Of a DNA stretch of 64,000 bases, positions 1-8,939 are shown piece by piece; the stretch's first letter is position 1, and every line of letters begins with the position of its first letter. Source of the stretch: Flavobacteriales bacterium. GTDB taxonomy: Bacteria > Bacteroidota > Bacteroidia > Flavobacteriales_D > Sanyastnellaceae. The stretch lies in assembly GCA_049610385.1 (NCBI GenBank), contig JBMYZL010000010.1, positions 16,874 through 80,873 of the forward strand. The letters are read 5' to 3'. The notes beneath the pieces are model-generated. The model was not told the DNA's origin. It ran no database searches and worked only from the letters and a program-made list of their open reading frames with translations. The translations under genes were made by a program, and so were the position numbers.

Positions 1-1538
1 CTCCAGAAGGTCATTGGCATGCTGGAATTTCAGCATCGAAGTTTGGTTCCACCCAAGTGCCACAGCGGATGTTCTCTTATCTCGGTCGAACGTATGAATT
101 GTCGGAAGGTGAATTGCCCAACACCGCTGGTCAGAGCGCTCATTTGGTCATCGGCTTGGAACAATTGACCCAATCTGGCCATGAATGGCGTGTGGGAGGG
201 AAAGTATCGGATATGCGCCAAGGTCTGTTTCCGGGGATTGTGGGGGTGCCACGTCAGCAGGATTTGGCTCCCAATGAAGGCAGGTTTGAACGGCGTCTTC
301 CACAACAACGTGCATCGCGTTGTTTGGCGACCTGGGGATGGAACCATACAGCCGGAAACGCAAACCGCTGGAAGGCAATGGGTTCGGTAGGCTGGATTCG
401 CCGGATTGAACGTGCACCCCCACATGCACACGGTTGGGGCCCCTTGCCGGATTCCGATGTGAGTCTATTGCTCGAGGAATGGACTGGCTTCGTTGAATTG
501 AAACATCTGGGTCCTCATGGTTCAATGGGGCTTCAGGGTGAATCTCAATCGACAACTGCCTCTGGTTGGGAGTTTCTTGTGCCCAATCATCGTCGCTTGC
601 GTGGATCTCTGGTTGGCGAATGGCAGGGAGGACTTTCTTCATGGGCGGCGCGGGTAGATGTTGTTGCGGCCCGTCAATCAGGCCATGATGAGCCCATGTA
701 CAACACATGGGGTGACGTTGTGGGTGTGGATGTGCGGGCCATGGCCTTCCGAACCATTTTGCCAGGCGGAATGCTCTCTTGGCAGCTACCGCTTCGTTGG
801 CGGAAACAGCCCCTCGGGGGAACCTTGACGGTGGCAGCTTTCGGACGTGTACCGAGCAATTATGAGTGGGGCGCCAATGGCATCCATCACGGAACTTTCA
901 GGTACGAACAGGGCAATCCTGAGCTCAATACGGAATGGACCTTTGAGGGGCGACTACAACTTCAGGAACGGAATGAAGACTTGGGTTGGAGTCACCTCTT
1001 TCAGGGATTTGTTGCCTTGCACCGCGGATTCATTTCACTCACACCGAGTGCCACATTTGCTCCCATTGCTCATGCGGGGCAAATTCTCCGGTTTCAGGCC
1101 AACAATGCGTTCAGAACTGGCGCGGAGGGCACCATCTCATGGAAAAACAACGGCCAAATGTGGACGTTGATGGCATCGGTATTGGGACAGTGGGATTTGG
1201 GCACAGGCTTGGGACTGCCTTTCACCACGCCTGCCCAATTGCGCCTTTCATGGCAGCATAATTTGTGGCGCGGATGCACGGTTGAACTCAGTACACGTGG
1301 AGTGGCGCCGGCACAACTTACCGCTCGAAATGAGGCTGCCACCCCGGGGGCAGTTCTCGTAGACTTCAATTTCGGTCAAACCACCCGTCGGGGCTTTTGG
1401 TCCCTCGACGTGCAAAACGTCTTCAACGCGGCGTGGCTTGATCACATCAGCGCTTACCGCGCTTTGGGCATAGCGGCCCAAGGCCGATGGGTGCAAGTGC
1501 AATTCAGCACGACGCTGAAGCACAACTCTAAAAAATGA
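1..1538 (+). CDS. TonB-dependent receptor, C-terminal beta-barrel part (5' end lies outside the window)
   Basis: Frame 3 is open from base 3 to the TGA at 1536-1538, with no stop upstream of the GTG at 57 used by the ORF track, so the gene is cut by the window edge. Barrel-type motifs are present: HHGTFRYEQGNPELNTE and the terminal SLDVQNVFNAAWLDHISAYRALGIAAQGRWVQVQF. A lipoprotein gene follows with an ATGA overlap, which is a typical receptor-lipoprotein pair. The family call rests on motif recognition only. Confidence 0.6.
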   Translation, partial: PEGHWHAGISASKFGSTQVPQRMFSYLGRTYELSEGELPNTAGQSAHLVIGLEQLTQSGHEWRVGGKVSDMRQGLFPGIVGVPRQQDLAPNEGRFERRLPQQRASRCLATWGWNHTAGNANRWKAMGSVGWIRRIERAPPHAHGWGPLPDSDVSLLLEEWTGFVELKHLGPHGSMGLQGESQSTTASGWEFLVPNHRRLRGSLVGEWQGGLSSWAARVDVVAARQSGHDEPMYNTWGDVVGVDVRAMAFRTILPGGMLSWQLPLRWRKQPLGGTLTVAAFGRVPSNYEWGANGIHHGTFRYEQGNPELNTEWTFEGRLQLQERNEDLGWSHLFQGFVALHRGFISLTPSATFAPIAHAGQILRFQANNAFRTGAEGTISWKNNGQMWTLMASVLGQWDLGTGLGLPFTTPAQLRLSWQHNLWRGCTVELSTRGVAPAQLTARNEAATPGAVLVDFNFGQTTRRGFWSLDVQNVFNAAWLDHISAYRALGIAAQGRWVQVQFSTTLKHNSKK

Positions 1539-2344
1539 AAATCACCATGACTTATTCTTTTTATTCTTTAAATTTTTCCTTCTTGGCCTTGGTGGCCATT
1601 CTTTTGGCCTCATGTAAAACCACAGATATCGAACCGCCGACACTTTGCACGCCTGCAGGGACGGAAAACAGTGTTTTGGCCGATGAAATCGAAGCAATGG
1701 CCGGTACGACGCTCACCCTCACTGAACGCTTATGTGACAATGAGGAGTTGAGTCAGGTACGCTGGGACATTCACAACGCCGCAGACCATGCCCATGAGGA
1801 AGGGGAAGACGAGGAGGGTTTTGTGTTGCATTCCGGTGCATCATGGGAGCTCCTTGAAATCGTGAGTGTTTCTGGAACAGAAGCGCAAGCATCACTTGCC
1901 GTGGACTTGCCGCTGACAGTGCGTGGTGTGTGGGACATTGTGGTTTCCATCGTGGATATTGAAGGCAATGTCTCCCAAGATTTGGTCACCCAGCTTCACA
2001 TCGAAAATGATCATTTGCCTGAATTCTTCCTTTCCAGTGTCAACGGGGTGAATCCAGATACTTGGGAGGGTGAACAAATTTGGAGTGCCGGTTCTGAAGT
2101 GACGATGCAAGGCTCTGTTTCTGATACAGACGGCCTTGAAACTGTGATTCTCGAACTGATTCAAGAGTCTTCTGAGTCGGTCCTGTGGGATGCTGAATGG
2201 ACCTCAGTGGGAAACAGCACTTTGACTTTCGATGAAGTGATTGCGCTTCCCTCCGAGGCAGCTGGGGAGTGCCACTTTGAGATGCATGCAACGGATGTCT
2301 CTGGCCACGAGGTCGAAACTGGATTTCACGTAGAGATCGAATAA
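1535..2344 (+). CDS. Lipoprotein with two DUF4625-like beta-sandwich modules and a His/acid-rich loop
   Basis: Signal peptide plus lipobox (FLALVAILLASC). The ATG at 1535 overlaps the receptor stop (ATGA). His/Glu-rich loop HNAADHAHEEGEDEEG. There is a clear paralogue at 38604-39377 (VRGVWDIVVSIVD vs IRGVWDLWVNASD; LHIENDHLPEF vs IRIENDSIPLF). The DUF4625 name is recalled from the family's typical position next to TonB receptors and has not been searched. Confidence 0.6.
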   Translation: MKITMTYSFYSLNFSFLALVAILLASCKTTDIEPPTLCTPAGTENSVLADEIEAMAGTTLTLTERLCDNEELSQVRWDIHNAADHAHEEGEDEEGFVLHSGASWELLEIVSVSGTEAQASLAVDLPLTVRGVWDIVVSIVDIEGNVSQDLVTQLHIENDHLPEFFLSSVNGVNPDTWEGEQIWSAGSEVTMQGSVSDTDGLETVILELIQESSESVLWDAEWTSVGNSTLTFDEVIALPSEAAGECHFEMHATDVSGHEVETGFHVEIE

Positions 2345-2391
2345 ATCGCCACATGCGGTCTCGGTTTTGAGACGTTTGACTGTTTCAAGGT

Positions 2392-2417
2392 GAGGCGCGG
2401 CATTCATGTCGCGCCTC
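2392..2417 (+). terminator. Candidate intrinsic terminator hairpin downstream of the lipoprotein gene
   Basis: GAGGCGCG (2392-2399) pairs perfectly with CGCGCCTC (2410-2417). The stem can extend inward (G-U, C-G, A-U) to 11 bp around a UUCA tetraloop. It lies 48 nt after the stop at 2344. The trailing sequence UUCGCCUU is only weakly U-rich, hence the low confidence. Confidence 0.35.
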
Positions 2418-2634
2418 TTCGCCTTGGCATCCTCAAAATGTCCGCTTGATGCCGGCTTTTTGAATTCCAAATAGATTCAGCGCAATGGGGAGTGTTTCAC
2501 CATTTTGACGAAAACACTTGGCCATTCGTCGTCTACTTGGAACTGAACTTCCTGTTGTTGCATTCAAGACCAGTTGAGCAAGCGAAAAGGCAAATTCTCT
2601 GCATCCAAAGGTCCGGCAGTTTACACAAGGTAAA

Positions 2635-3810
2635 TCAGTAAATGAAGGGGTTTTCTCCTTTGTAGTTGAGTCTGATCAAGTCGAGGCCTGCTTGCAAAAG
2701 GTCTCCCATGTTTTGGGACTTTTTGAAGTGAACGTCGCCCGTCAGTTCGTACAATTCGGTTTTTAAGGTTTCAATTTTGTCTTCCATCGAGAGCGGTTGC
2801 GCTTTCATGCATCTGAGCAGATCCTGGAGTCGAATCTTCTCACTTGAAGCCCGCCGGGCCATAAAAGAACGTTCCTCCTTGATGTATTGCTCCACCGATT
2901 CTTTGGGGAGGACTTCCCGGGTCATTTGGCTTAGCAATTCATTTTCAGGCAAGCATTCGGGTTGGTAAACCAAGGCATTGCCCTCATAACTCTGTTGATC
3001 GAAATCAATTGCCCGAATTCGGTATTGGATTCGATCAAAATCTTGGGTGATGACCACAACGTAATTGTAGGAACGCATGTCTCCCAGCAAGCGCAGAAAG
3101 CAACGTTGATTGAATTTGATGTATTCTTTTGCCAGAGCCCTTTTGTCCTGTATCGTCAAATGCGGCAGTCGCTCCGTGATGAAGACGTCTCCGGGAAGCC
3201 CGACGATGTGTTCTTCGATGAGGGTGTCTTGCCAAACGAGAAAATGGATTCGGTTGGGGGAAAGCAGTTGTTCCAGTTCGAGACCATAGATCCGTGAAGC
3301 ATCGCATTTTTTGATGTACAGGAAGACGTAGTTGTCATTGATGATATTCCGAATCTTGATTCGAAACGGTTTTGTGTTCCCAAAGGTGCAAAAGGCAATG
3401 CTGTCCACAGTGAGAAATGGGAGCAAGACGTCACTGCCATCGGCATGCAGGATGGAGTAGAGTCGCTTGAGGTTGATGATGAGTTCGTCGCGATCAGCAG
3501 CGGAATACATGCAGTTCACCCACAGAGTGTCTTTTTCATCAGCGTCGAGAATGGCAACGCTGCCTTCAAATCTGAGCAGGTCGTCATAGGTGACAGGAAT
3601 CTCCAGAGACCGGCCATGTTCCTTGAGGTATCGATGCAACGATTCGGTCACGGGAAACGGGATCTTCTTTTTGGAAATGAGTTTGTTGTTCATGGGCTTG
3701 GTTGTCGTTTGCGTGAGACTTGACTCCACTGTTTCCAAGTTTTGTAATTGTGTTGTCGAGAAAGCGAGTGGTTCGGAATGTTTTGCACATCCGTTGATTG
3801 AAAGCGCCAT
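2635..3810 (-). CDS. Conserved hypothetical protein with a possible protein-kinase-like fold; the probable true start is the ATG at 3693
   Basis: A long ORF with no competing ORF on either strand. The first 39 codons look non-native, and MNNKLISKKK at 3693 is the likelier start. The ordered motif series YIKK ... GLELEQL ... LLGDMRSYNYVVV ... IRAIDFD resembles the Lys / Glu / D-x4-N catalytic loop / Mg-binding Asp of RIO/Kdo/ABC1-type kinases. The function is inferred only. Confidence 0.6.
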   Translation of the reverse strand: MALSINGCAKHSEPLAFSTTQLQNLETVESSLTQTTTKPMNNKLISKKKIPFPVTESLHRYLKEHGRSLEIPVTYDDLLRFEGSVAILDADEKDTLWVNCMYSAADRDELIINLKRLYSILHADGSDVLLPFLTVDSIAFCTFGNTKPFRIKIRNIINDNYVFLYIKKCDASRIYGLELEQLLSPNRIHFLVWQDTLIEEHIVGLPGDVFITERLPHLTIQDKRALAKEYIKFNQRCFLRLLGDMRSYNYVVVITQDFDRIQYRIRAIDFDQQSYEGNALVYQPECLPENELLSQMTREVLPKESVEQYIKEERSFMARRASSEKIRLQDLLRCMKAQPLSMEDKIETLKTELYELTGDVHFKKSQNMGDLLQAGLDLIRLNYKGENPFIY

Positions 3811-4060
3811 CGCACTGAATGGCAGTGGTTGTCCTGTGAGGTTAGAAGGTTTCTCTGGTTTTGATCAAATCAAATGATGGGCCGTCCTTCAACGGAATCG
3901 CTGAATATCCTTTGAATTTGCTCTGCTGTTCATGGTCCAATGAATTGCATACAACTGGTGCAAGTGTTGAATCAAACACGTCGAGAATTTTCTGCTTTCT
4001 GATGGTGGTCGTAAATTACCTCCACATGGCTTTTCCGTTTGGAAGTAGAATCATCAGAGA

Positions 4061-5188
4061 ATGGATTTCAATCGAATGAAACTGCAGGTAAAACAAATGC
4101 TCACCCACTACATACAAGTTTTGTTCTTGGTTCTTCTGGCTGCAGGTTCTTGGTCGGTTGCTCAGGGGCAATCGCTGAGTGACGCAAGCGATATCAATCT
4201 GATGCAGTTTTGGTCGCAAGAACCCAACGGCTGGAGCTACCCGATTGCGATTTCCATTCCAGAAGGTGATCCACCTTTCGGTGGATTTCCAGTGGGCGTG
4301 ATTTTGCATGGGAGCAATGGGAATGGCCCAGCGATGCTCGATCTTGGTGAATCATTGCTTTGGAACCACATTTTGATTGCGCCCACGGGTTATTTGAACT
4401 CTTGGAACCTTTGTGGTGAAAGCAGCGAAGCGCCTGACATCGCGATGTTGGCCGAACTCATCGCACAGCTTTTGACCTTTGACAATGTGAATCCCGAACA
4501 CATTAGACTCATCGGTTTCTCCAATGGTGCAGGATTGGTCAATCAAGGATTTATAGAACTGGATTCCACTGCGATTGATGTGTTTGTGGCCATCGTCTCC
4601 CAAATGAATGAACCTCAATTTCATCAAGGCGCATTTCATCGCCCATCAGGTCTGACCATTCCTCCGATGGCGTTTTGTGGATACGATGAGGTGGTGTTGC
4701 CTCCAATGGGCAGGAAATACCTCTCCATTTGCAACCACAATGACTCTGTTGTGCCTTATGATGGAGGGCCTGCTGTGGGAAATGTTTTTCTTCCTGCAGA
4801 GGTTTCGATTCATCAGGTAGCACTCCAGCAAGGACATGTGGGGCCGCCAGTACCGGGTGAAGATCTGAATGCTCCCGGATTGACGGTGTTTTCATATTTG
4901 GATGGTGATGTCGTCCTCTTGCGCGGAGGGGCTGAACATGGCACGAATCCCGCACAACTGGAATTCGCAGCTGAATTCTTGGCCATAGACGAGTCACCAG
5001 ACCCTCCCACATCTGGATGCATTGAGGATTTGGACAATGACTCTCTCGTTGCAGTAGCGGATGTTTTGTTGCTTTTGGGAGAATTCGGTTGCTCGACTTT
5101 TTGCAATTATGATGTGAACGGTGATGAATGGGTCAACGTTTCAGACCTCCTTCAAATGATATCAGCTTTCGGCACCATTTGCAATTGA
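4061..5188 (+). CDS. Secreted alpha/beta-hydrolase (PHB-depolymerase/LpqC-type esterase) with a C-terminal dockerin-like double EF-hand module
   Basis: Signal peptide (VLFLVLLAAGSWSVAQGQ). VILHGSNGNG and the nucleophile elbow GFSNGAG. The C-terminal 58 aa carry two D-x-N-x-D..V...D.L.L...FG repeats (DLDNDSLVAVADVLLLLGEFG and DVNGDEWVNVSDLLQMISAFG). The start could be one of the downstream in-frame ATGs (4076 or 4097). Confidence 0.65.
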   Translation: MDFNRMKLQVKQMLTHYIQVLFLVLLAAGSWSVAQGQSLSDASDINLMQFWSQEPNGWSYPIAISIPEGDPPFGGFPVGVILHGSNGNGPAMLDLGESLLWNHILIAPTGYLNSWNLCGESSEAPDIAMLAELIAQLLTFDNVNPEHIRLIGFSNGAGLVNQGFIELDSTAIDVFVAIVSQMNEPQFHQGAFHRPSGLTIPPMAFCGYDEVVLPPMGRKYLSICNHNDSVVPYDGGPAVGNVFLPAEVSIHQVALQQGHVGPPVPGEDLNAPGLTVFSYLDGDVVLLRGGAEHGTNPAQLEFAAEFLAIDESPDPPTSGCIEDLDNDSLVAVADVLLLLGEFGCSTFCNYDVNGDEWVNVSDLLQMISAFGTICN

Positions 5189-5222
5189 GCCTCTTGGTGC
5201 TCCGAATTTTGTGGTGTCCGTT

Positions 5223-6029
5223 TCAGGTCAGAGGCACGAGTACACGGGAATGTGCATAGGTAATCGCTTCCCCCTCGATCTGAACATGCTCAGGGAAGAC
5301 TTCACATTGCAAGTGGCCACCCCGTGGGGAAAGCTGTTGAGCACTGAGTTGGGTTTTCCCCAATCGTTCAGCCCAGAACGGGGCTGATGTGCAATGGGCT
5401 GAGCCGGTCACTGGATCTTCCAAGATTGTGGCTTGAGGGGTGAAAAATCGAGAGACAAAGTCCACATTTTCACCCAATGAACTGACAATGACACCACCGG
5501 TACCCAAATGGATTTGGTCAAACACCGTTCGGTTGATCTCGATTTGCTCGATTTCTTTCTGACTCGGGTAAATCAGCAGGAAATCTCGTGACCGATGGAC
5601 TTCAACAGGTCGAATGCTGAACGCATTCTCGAATTCACTGGGCAAGGATGCCGGAACAGGATGTCGTTTGGGCAGCAACATGGAATAGCCACGTGCACCT
5701 CTTCTCACGACCAATGTGCCGCTGTTTGTCTCGAATCGAACTTCATCCAGGTGACATGCGATGTGGGCGAATACAACATGGGCTGTTGCCAATGTCGCAT
5801 GGCCGCAAAGGTCCATTTCCAGATCAGGAGTGAACCACCTCAAATGATAAAGACCCGGACCTTTTTGGATGATATAAGCGGTTTCAGCAACTGCATTTTC
5901 TTGAGCCAGTGCGAGCAAAATTTCGTCATCGAGCCAAGCTTCAAGGAGCATGACGCAGGCAGGATTGCCAGAAAATACCCGATTTGTGAAAGCGTCGACT
6001 TGGTACAAATTGCATTCCATAAATGGCAA
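5223..6029 (-). CDS. PhzF-family isomerase (phenazine biosynthesis-like protein)
   Basis: The N-terminus LYQVDAFTNRVFSGNPACVMLL, then AVAETAYI and MDLCGHATLATAHV, are hallmark PhzF/YddE motifs. The length (about 265 aa) fits. Confidence 0.85.
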   Translation of the reverse strand: MPFMECNLYQVDAFTNRVFSGNPACVMLLEAWLDDEILLALAQENAVAETAYIIQKGPGLYHLRWFTPDLEMDLCGHATLATAHVVFAHIACHLDEVRFETNSGTLVVRRGARGYSMLLPKRHPVPASLPSEFENAFSIRPVEVHRSRDFLLIYPSQKEIEQIEINRTVFDQIHLGTGGVIVSSLGENVDFVSRFFTPQATILEDPVTGSAHCTSAPFWAERLGKTQLSAQQLSPRGGHLQCEVFPEHVQIEGEAITYAHSRVLVPLT

Positions 6030-6201
6030 GTTAGCATGTCTCGATGAGGTGTCTGTCGATCCCCATCAGGTCTCCTGAGATCCGCACTTCTCACCCCAGT
6101 CAAAACAGCAGAAATGACAGATTCATCGAGGGTGATTTTCCGATTTGATTCGAAAATGGAACCTGCAGGCAATTTTGCTTGAGTTGGATTAACTTCGGAC
6201 G

Positions 6202-7899
6202 ATGACATCGTTCCTGAATCCTTTTTTTACAGCTGCCATGCTGTTTTCGGCTTCCACATTGATGGCTCAAAATGCGGGTGAATTGGATCCTTCTTTTGGC
6301 GAAGAGGGACTGGCGATTTTATCTCCCGTTGCGTCCAATTCCATGGACAATGCGCAGTGCGTGGATATTCGGCCCACGGGTGAAATTGTGTTCGCCGGTG
6401 TCAGTGGCGGATTTTCTGGCTTCGGCATGACGGTCGGTCAGGTGTTACCAGATGGCACCATGGATGTGTCTTTTGGGACGAATGGGGTGACCACAATCGA
6501 GGGTGTCGGGGGGTCGAATTTTGGTTATGACATCGAAGTTCTCACGGATGGCAAATTGTTGGTGTGTGGGGCGGTGAGTTTGACGGCGGCGAACACGGCC
6601 ATGGCGGTTTGGCGTTTCACGACCGATGGAAATTTGGATGCTTCATTCGGGGACAATGGTGCTTTGATTGTGGATGTGGATTCCAGTGAAGATTATGCCC
6701 GAGACATTTTGATGGATGGCTCAGGCCAAATCACCGTGGTGGGCAACTCCAAACAACCGGACAATTTCCTCTATCGCGCCGTCATGATTCGATTCGATGA
6801 ATCGGGAATTGTGGATGGCAACTTTGGGATCTATGGGACCCAAGTATATCCCATGAACACGGATGTGAATTGTGATGTCAGGGCGGGTGTCATGTCACCT
6901 ACAGGAGAAATTTATCTCGCCGGATATACGACGGTTTCAAGCACATCTCAGCCCATCGTGATGGGGTTTTCCAATTCGGGTGAACCCCTGGAAAGTTTCG
7001 GCGAGGCAGGTATTTTCAATACAGGCGTAGAAGGTCGATATTTTGACGTGGACTTTGCCAACAATGGATTGATTGCTGTTGGTGATGGCAACAATGGGGC
7101 CACTGGAGTGGTTCGCGCCCACAACTTGACCGGCGAAATCAATCCCTATTTCGGTGATTCAGGGACGGCCTTGGTTTCAGGTGCACCCGGGAATGCATTG
7201 TTGGCCTTGGAGATGCAGGCCGATGGAAAAATTCTGGTTGCAGGTTCGGCTTCCATGGGCTTCATGATGCGTGATTTTTTGGTTGCCCGATTGCATTCCA
7301 GTGGATTTTTGGACCAGGAGTGGGGCCAAGACGGGGTGACCGTTACTGAGGTTGGACCCGGATTTGAAGATGTGAATGATTTGGCCATTCAGCCTGATGG
7401 AAAAATTGTCGCAGCTGGCTTTGGTCAATTCACCAACAACGAGTACGTCTTTGCCCGGTACGATTCAGGAGAATTGGGGGAAGTTTTGGGCTGCACAGAG
7501 CCGGAAGCCTGCAACTACAACCCGAATGCCACTTCGGATGACGGTACCTGCTTCAGCCCCGGTGATGCTTGCGATGACGGTGATGATGAAACCGAGAACG
7601 ACACATACAACGAAAGTTGCGATTGTATCGGACAGCCATTGGTGAATGGTTTATCCGCCCTCGAGGTGGCTGGTTTTCAGTTGTTTCCCAACCCCGCTGT
7701 TGATTGCGTAAACATTCGTTTCCCGACTGCACAGCCGAGGAGCATTGTACTCAGAAGCTTGGCTGGAGAGCGAGTATGGGAAATGAAATCGGAAACAACA
7801 GAAGAGTGGATTGCGCTGAACAGTGTGGCTTCCGGGGTGTACACCTTGTCCATTTCGGATGCCCACCAAATCTGGGTTGAGCGGTTGGTCATTCATTAA
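6202..7899 (+). CDS. Secreted delta-60 repeat protein with T9SS type-A C-terminal sorting domain
   Basis: Signal peptide (AAMLFSASTLMAQ). At least 7 copies of the D.SFG..G motif spaced about 55-60 aa apart (DPSFGEEG, DVSFGTNG, DASFGDNG, DGNFGIYG, LESFGEAG, NPYFGDSG, DQEWGQDG). A Cys-rich CTEPEACNYNPNATSDDGTC linker. The C-terminal tail is QLFPNPAVDCVNIRF...GVYTLSI...LVIH. Confidence 0.75.
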   Translation: MTSFLNPFFTAAMLFSASTLMAQNAGELDPSFGEEGLAILSPVASNSMDNAQCVDIRPTGEIVFAGVSGGFSGFGMTVGQVLPDGTMDVSFGTNGVTTIEGVGGSNFGYDIEVLTDGKLLVCGAVSLTAANTAMAVWRFTTDGNLDASFGDNGALIVDVDSSEDYARDILMDGSGQITVVGNSKQPDNFLYRAVMIRFDESGIVDGNFGIYGTQVYPMNTDVNCDVRAGVMSPTGEIYLAGYTTVSSTSQPIVMGFSNSGEPLESFGEAGIFNTGVEGRYFDVDFANNGLIAVGDGNNGATGVVRAHNLTGEINPYFGDSGTALVSGAPGNALLALEMQADGKILVAGSASMGFMMRDFLVARLHSSGFLDQEWGQDGVTVTEVGPGFEDVNDLAIQPDGKIVAAGFGQFTNNEYVFARYDSGELGEVLGCTEPEACNYNPNATSDDGTCFSPGDACDDGDDETENDTYNESCDCIGQPLVNGLSALEVAGFQLFPNPAVDCVNIRFPTAQPRSIVLRSLAGERVWEMKSETTEEWIALNSVASGVYTLSISDAHQIWVERLVIH

Positions 7900-7919
7900 A
7901 AAGCCAAGATGAAATAGTC

Positions 7920-8936
7920 ATGAAGAGATCGAAGTTCTTAAAAATGGTAGGAGCAGCAGTGGCATTGCCTGCAAGCTTACCCGCTGTGGGAGGTTCCGAG
8001 TTCAAAAGGTCGAAGATTTCTGGAGCGAACTCGCGCGGCAATTGCATTTTGATTCCCTCAGAGACCCCGGGTCCGTTTCCCTTGGATTTGGAAGAAAATG
8101 AATTCTTTTTTCGTCAAGACATCACAGAGGGAGTGCCTGGGGTCCGACTCAGGCAACGGGTTCGCATTATCAGTGTTGACAACTGTGAGCCCATGGCGAA
8201 TGTACGTGTCAACATTTGGCACTGCGATCGCGACGGGAATTATTCAGGTTATGGCACAGAGGCAGGGTTGACCTATTGTCGGGGTTATCAATTCACGGAT
8301 GCGAATGGGGAATGTGAATTTGTCACCATTGTGCCAGGTTGGTACCCGGGACGCGTGACCCATGTTCATTTTCAGGTGTATGTAAGCACGCAATACAGTG
8401 CGGTTTCTCAGTGGACTTGGCCCCATGATGCGGTTGTTTCGGCCGTGGCATCTCACCCAGAATTGTACCCGGAGGGTCCAGATCCCTTGACACCAGAACA
8501 AGATGGGGTTTTTGCCAATGGCTATGAGTTGCAATTGGCGGATTTGGAATGGGATGCGGAAGCCGGAGAGTACACGTCGTTCTTTGAGGCAACTGTTGAG
8601 GGTTCAGGAACCACGGGCTTGGGCCATCAGGAAAGGCAGACGGCTGCGGTGATGGATTTGGGCCAAAATTTCCCCAATCCAACTTCGACGCAGACCACGA
8701 TTCCATTTGTACTTCATCAATCTGGGCAAGTGACTTTGACTTTCTGGTCGTCAGATGGGCAATGCGTTTACCGAAAGGATTGGCCTCATCTGGGATCGGG
8801 TCAGCATGACGTGTTGGTGAATTTTGACCAGTTGGGCTTGATGCCGGCTTCTTATGTTTATCAACTGGCATGCGTCGCCTCTAACTCAGGCGAACGTTAT
8901 GTTGCGGTTCGACGCATGACCGCCTTCTCGCGTTGA
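7920..8936 (+). CDS. Intradiol ring-cleavage dioxygenase-like protein with T9SS type-A C-terminal domain
   Basis: The motifs ETPGPFPLD, VNIWHCDRDGNYSGY and GWYPGRVTHVHFQV match the protocatechuate/catechol intradiol dioxygenase core. The C-terminal tail is LGQNFPNPTSTQTTIPF...ASYVYQL. Confidence 0.7.
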   Translation: MKRSKFLKMVGAAVALPASLPAVGGSEFKRSKISGANSRGNCILIPSETPGPFPLDLEENEFFFRQDITEGVPGVRLRQRVRIISVDNCEPMANVRVNIWHCDRDGNYSGYGTEAGLTYCRGYQFTDANGECEFVTIVPGWYPGRVTHVHFQVYVSTQYSAVSQWTWPHDAVVSAVASHPELYPEGPDPLTPEQDGVFANGYELQLADLEWDAEAGEYTSFFEATVEGSGTTGLGHQERQTAAVMDLGQNFPNPTSTQTTIPFVLHQSGQVTLTFWSSDGQCVYRKDWPHLGSGQHDVLVNFDQLGLMPASYVYQLACVASNSGERYVAVRRMTAFSR

Positions 8937-8939
8937 GAT

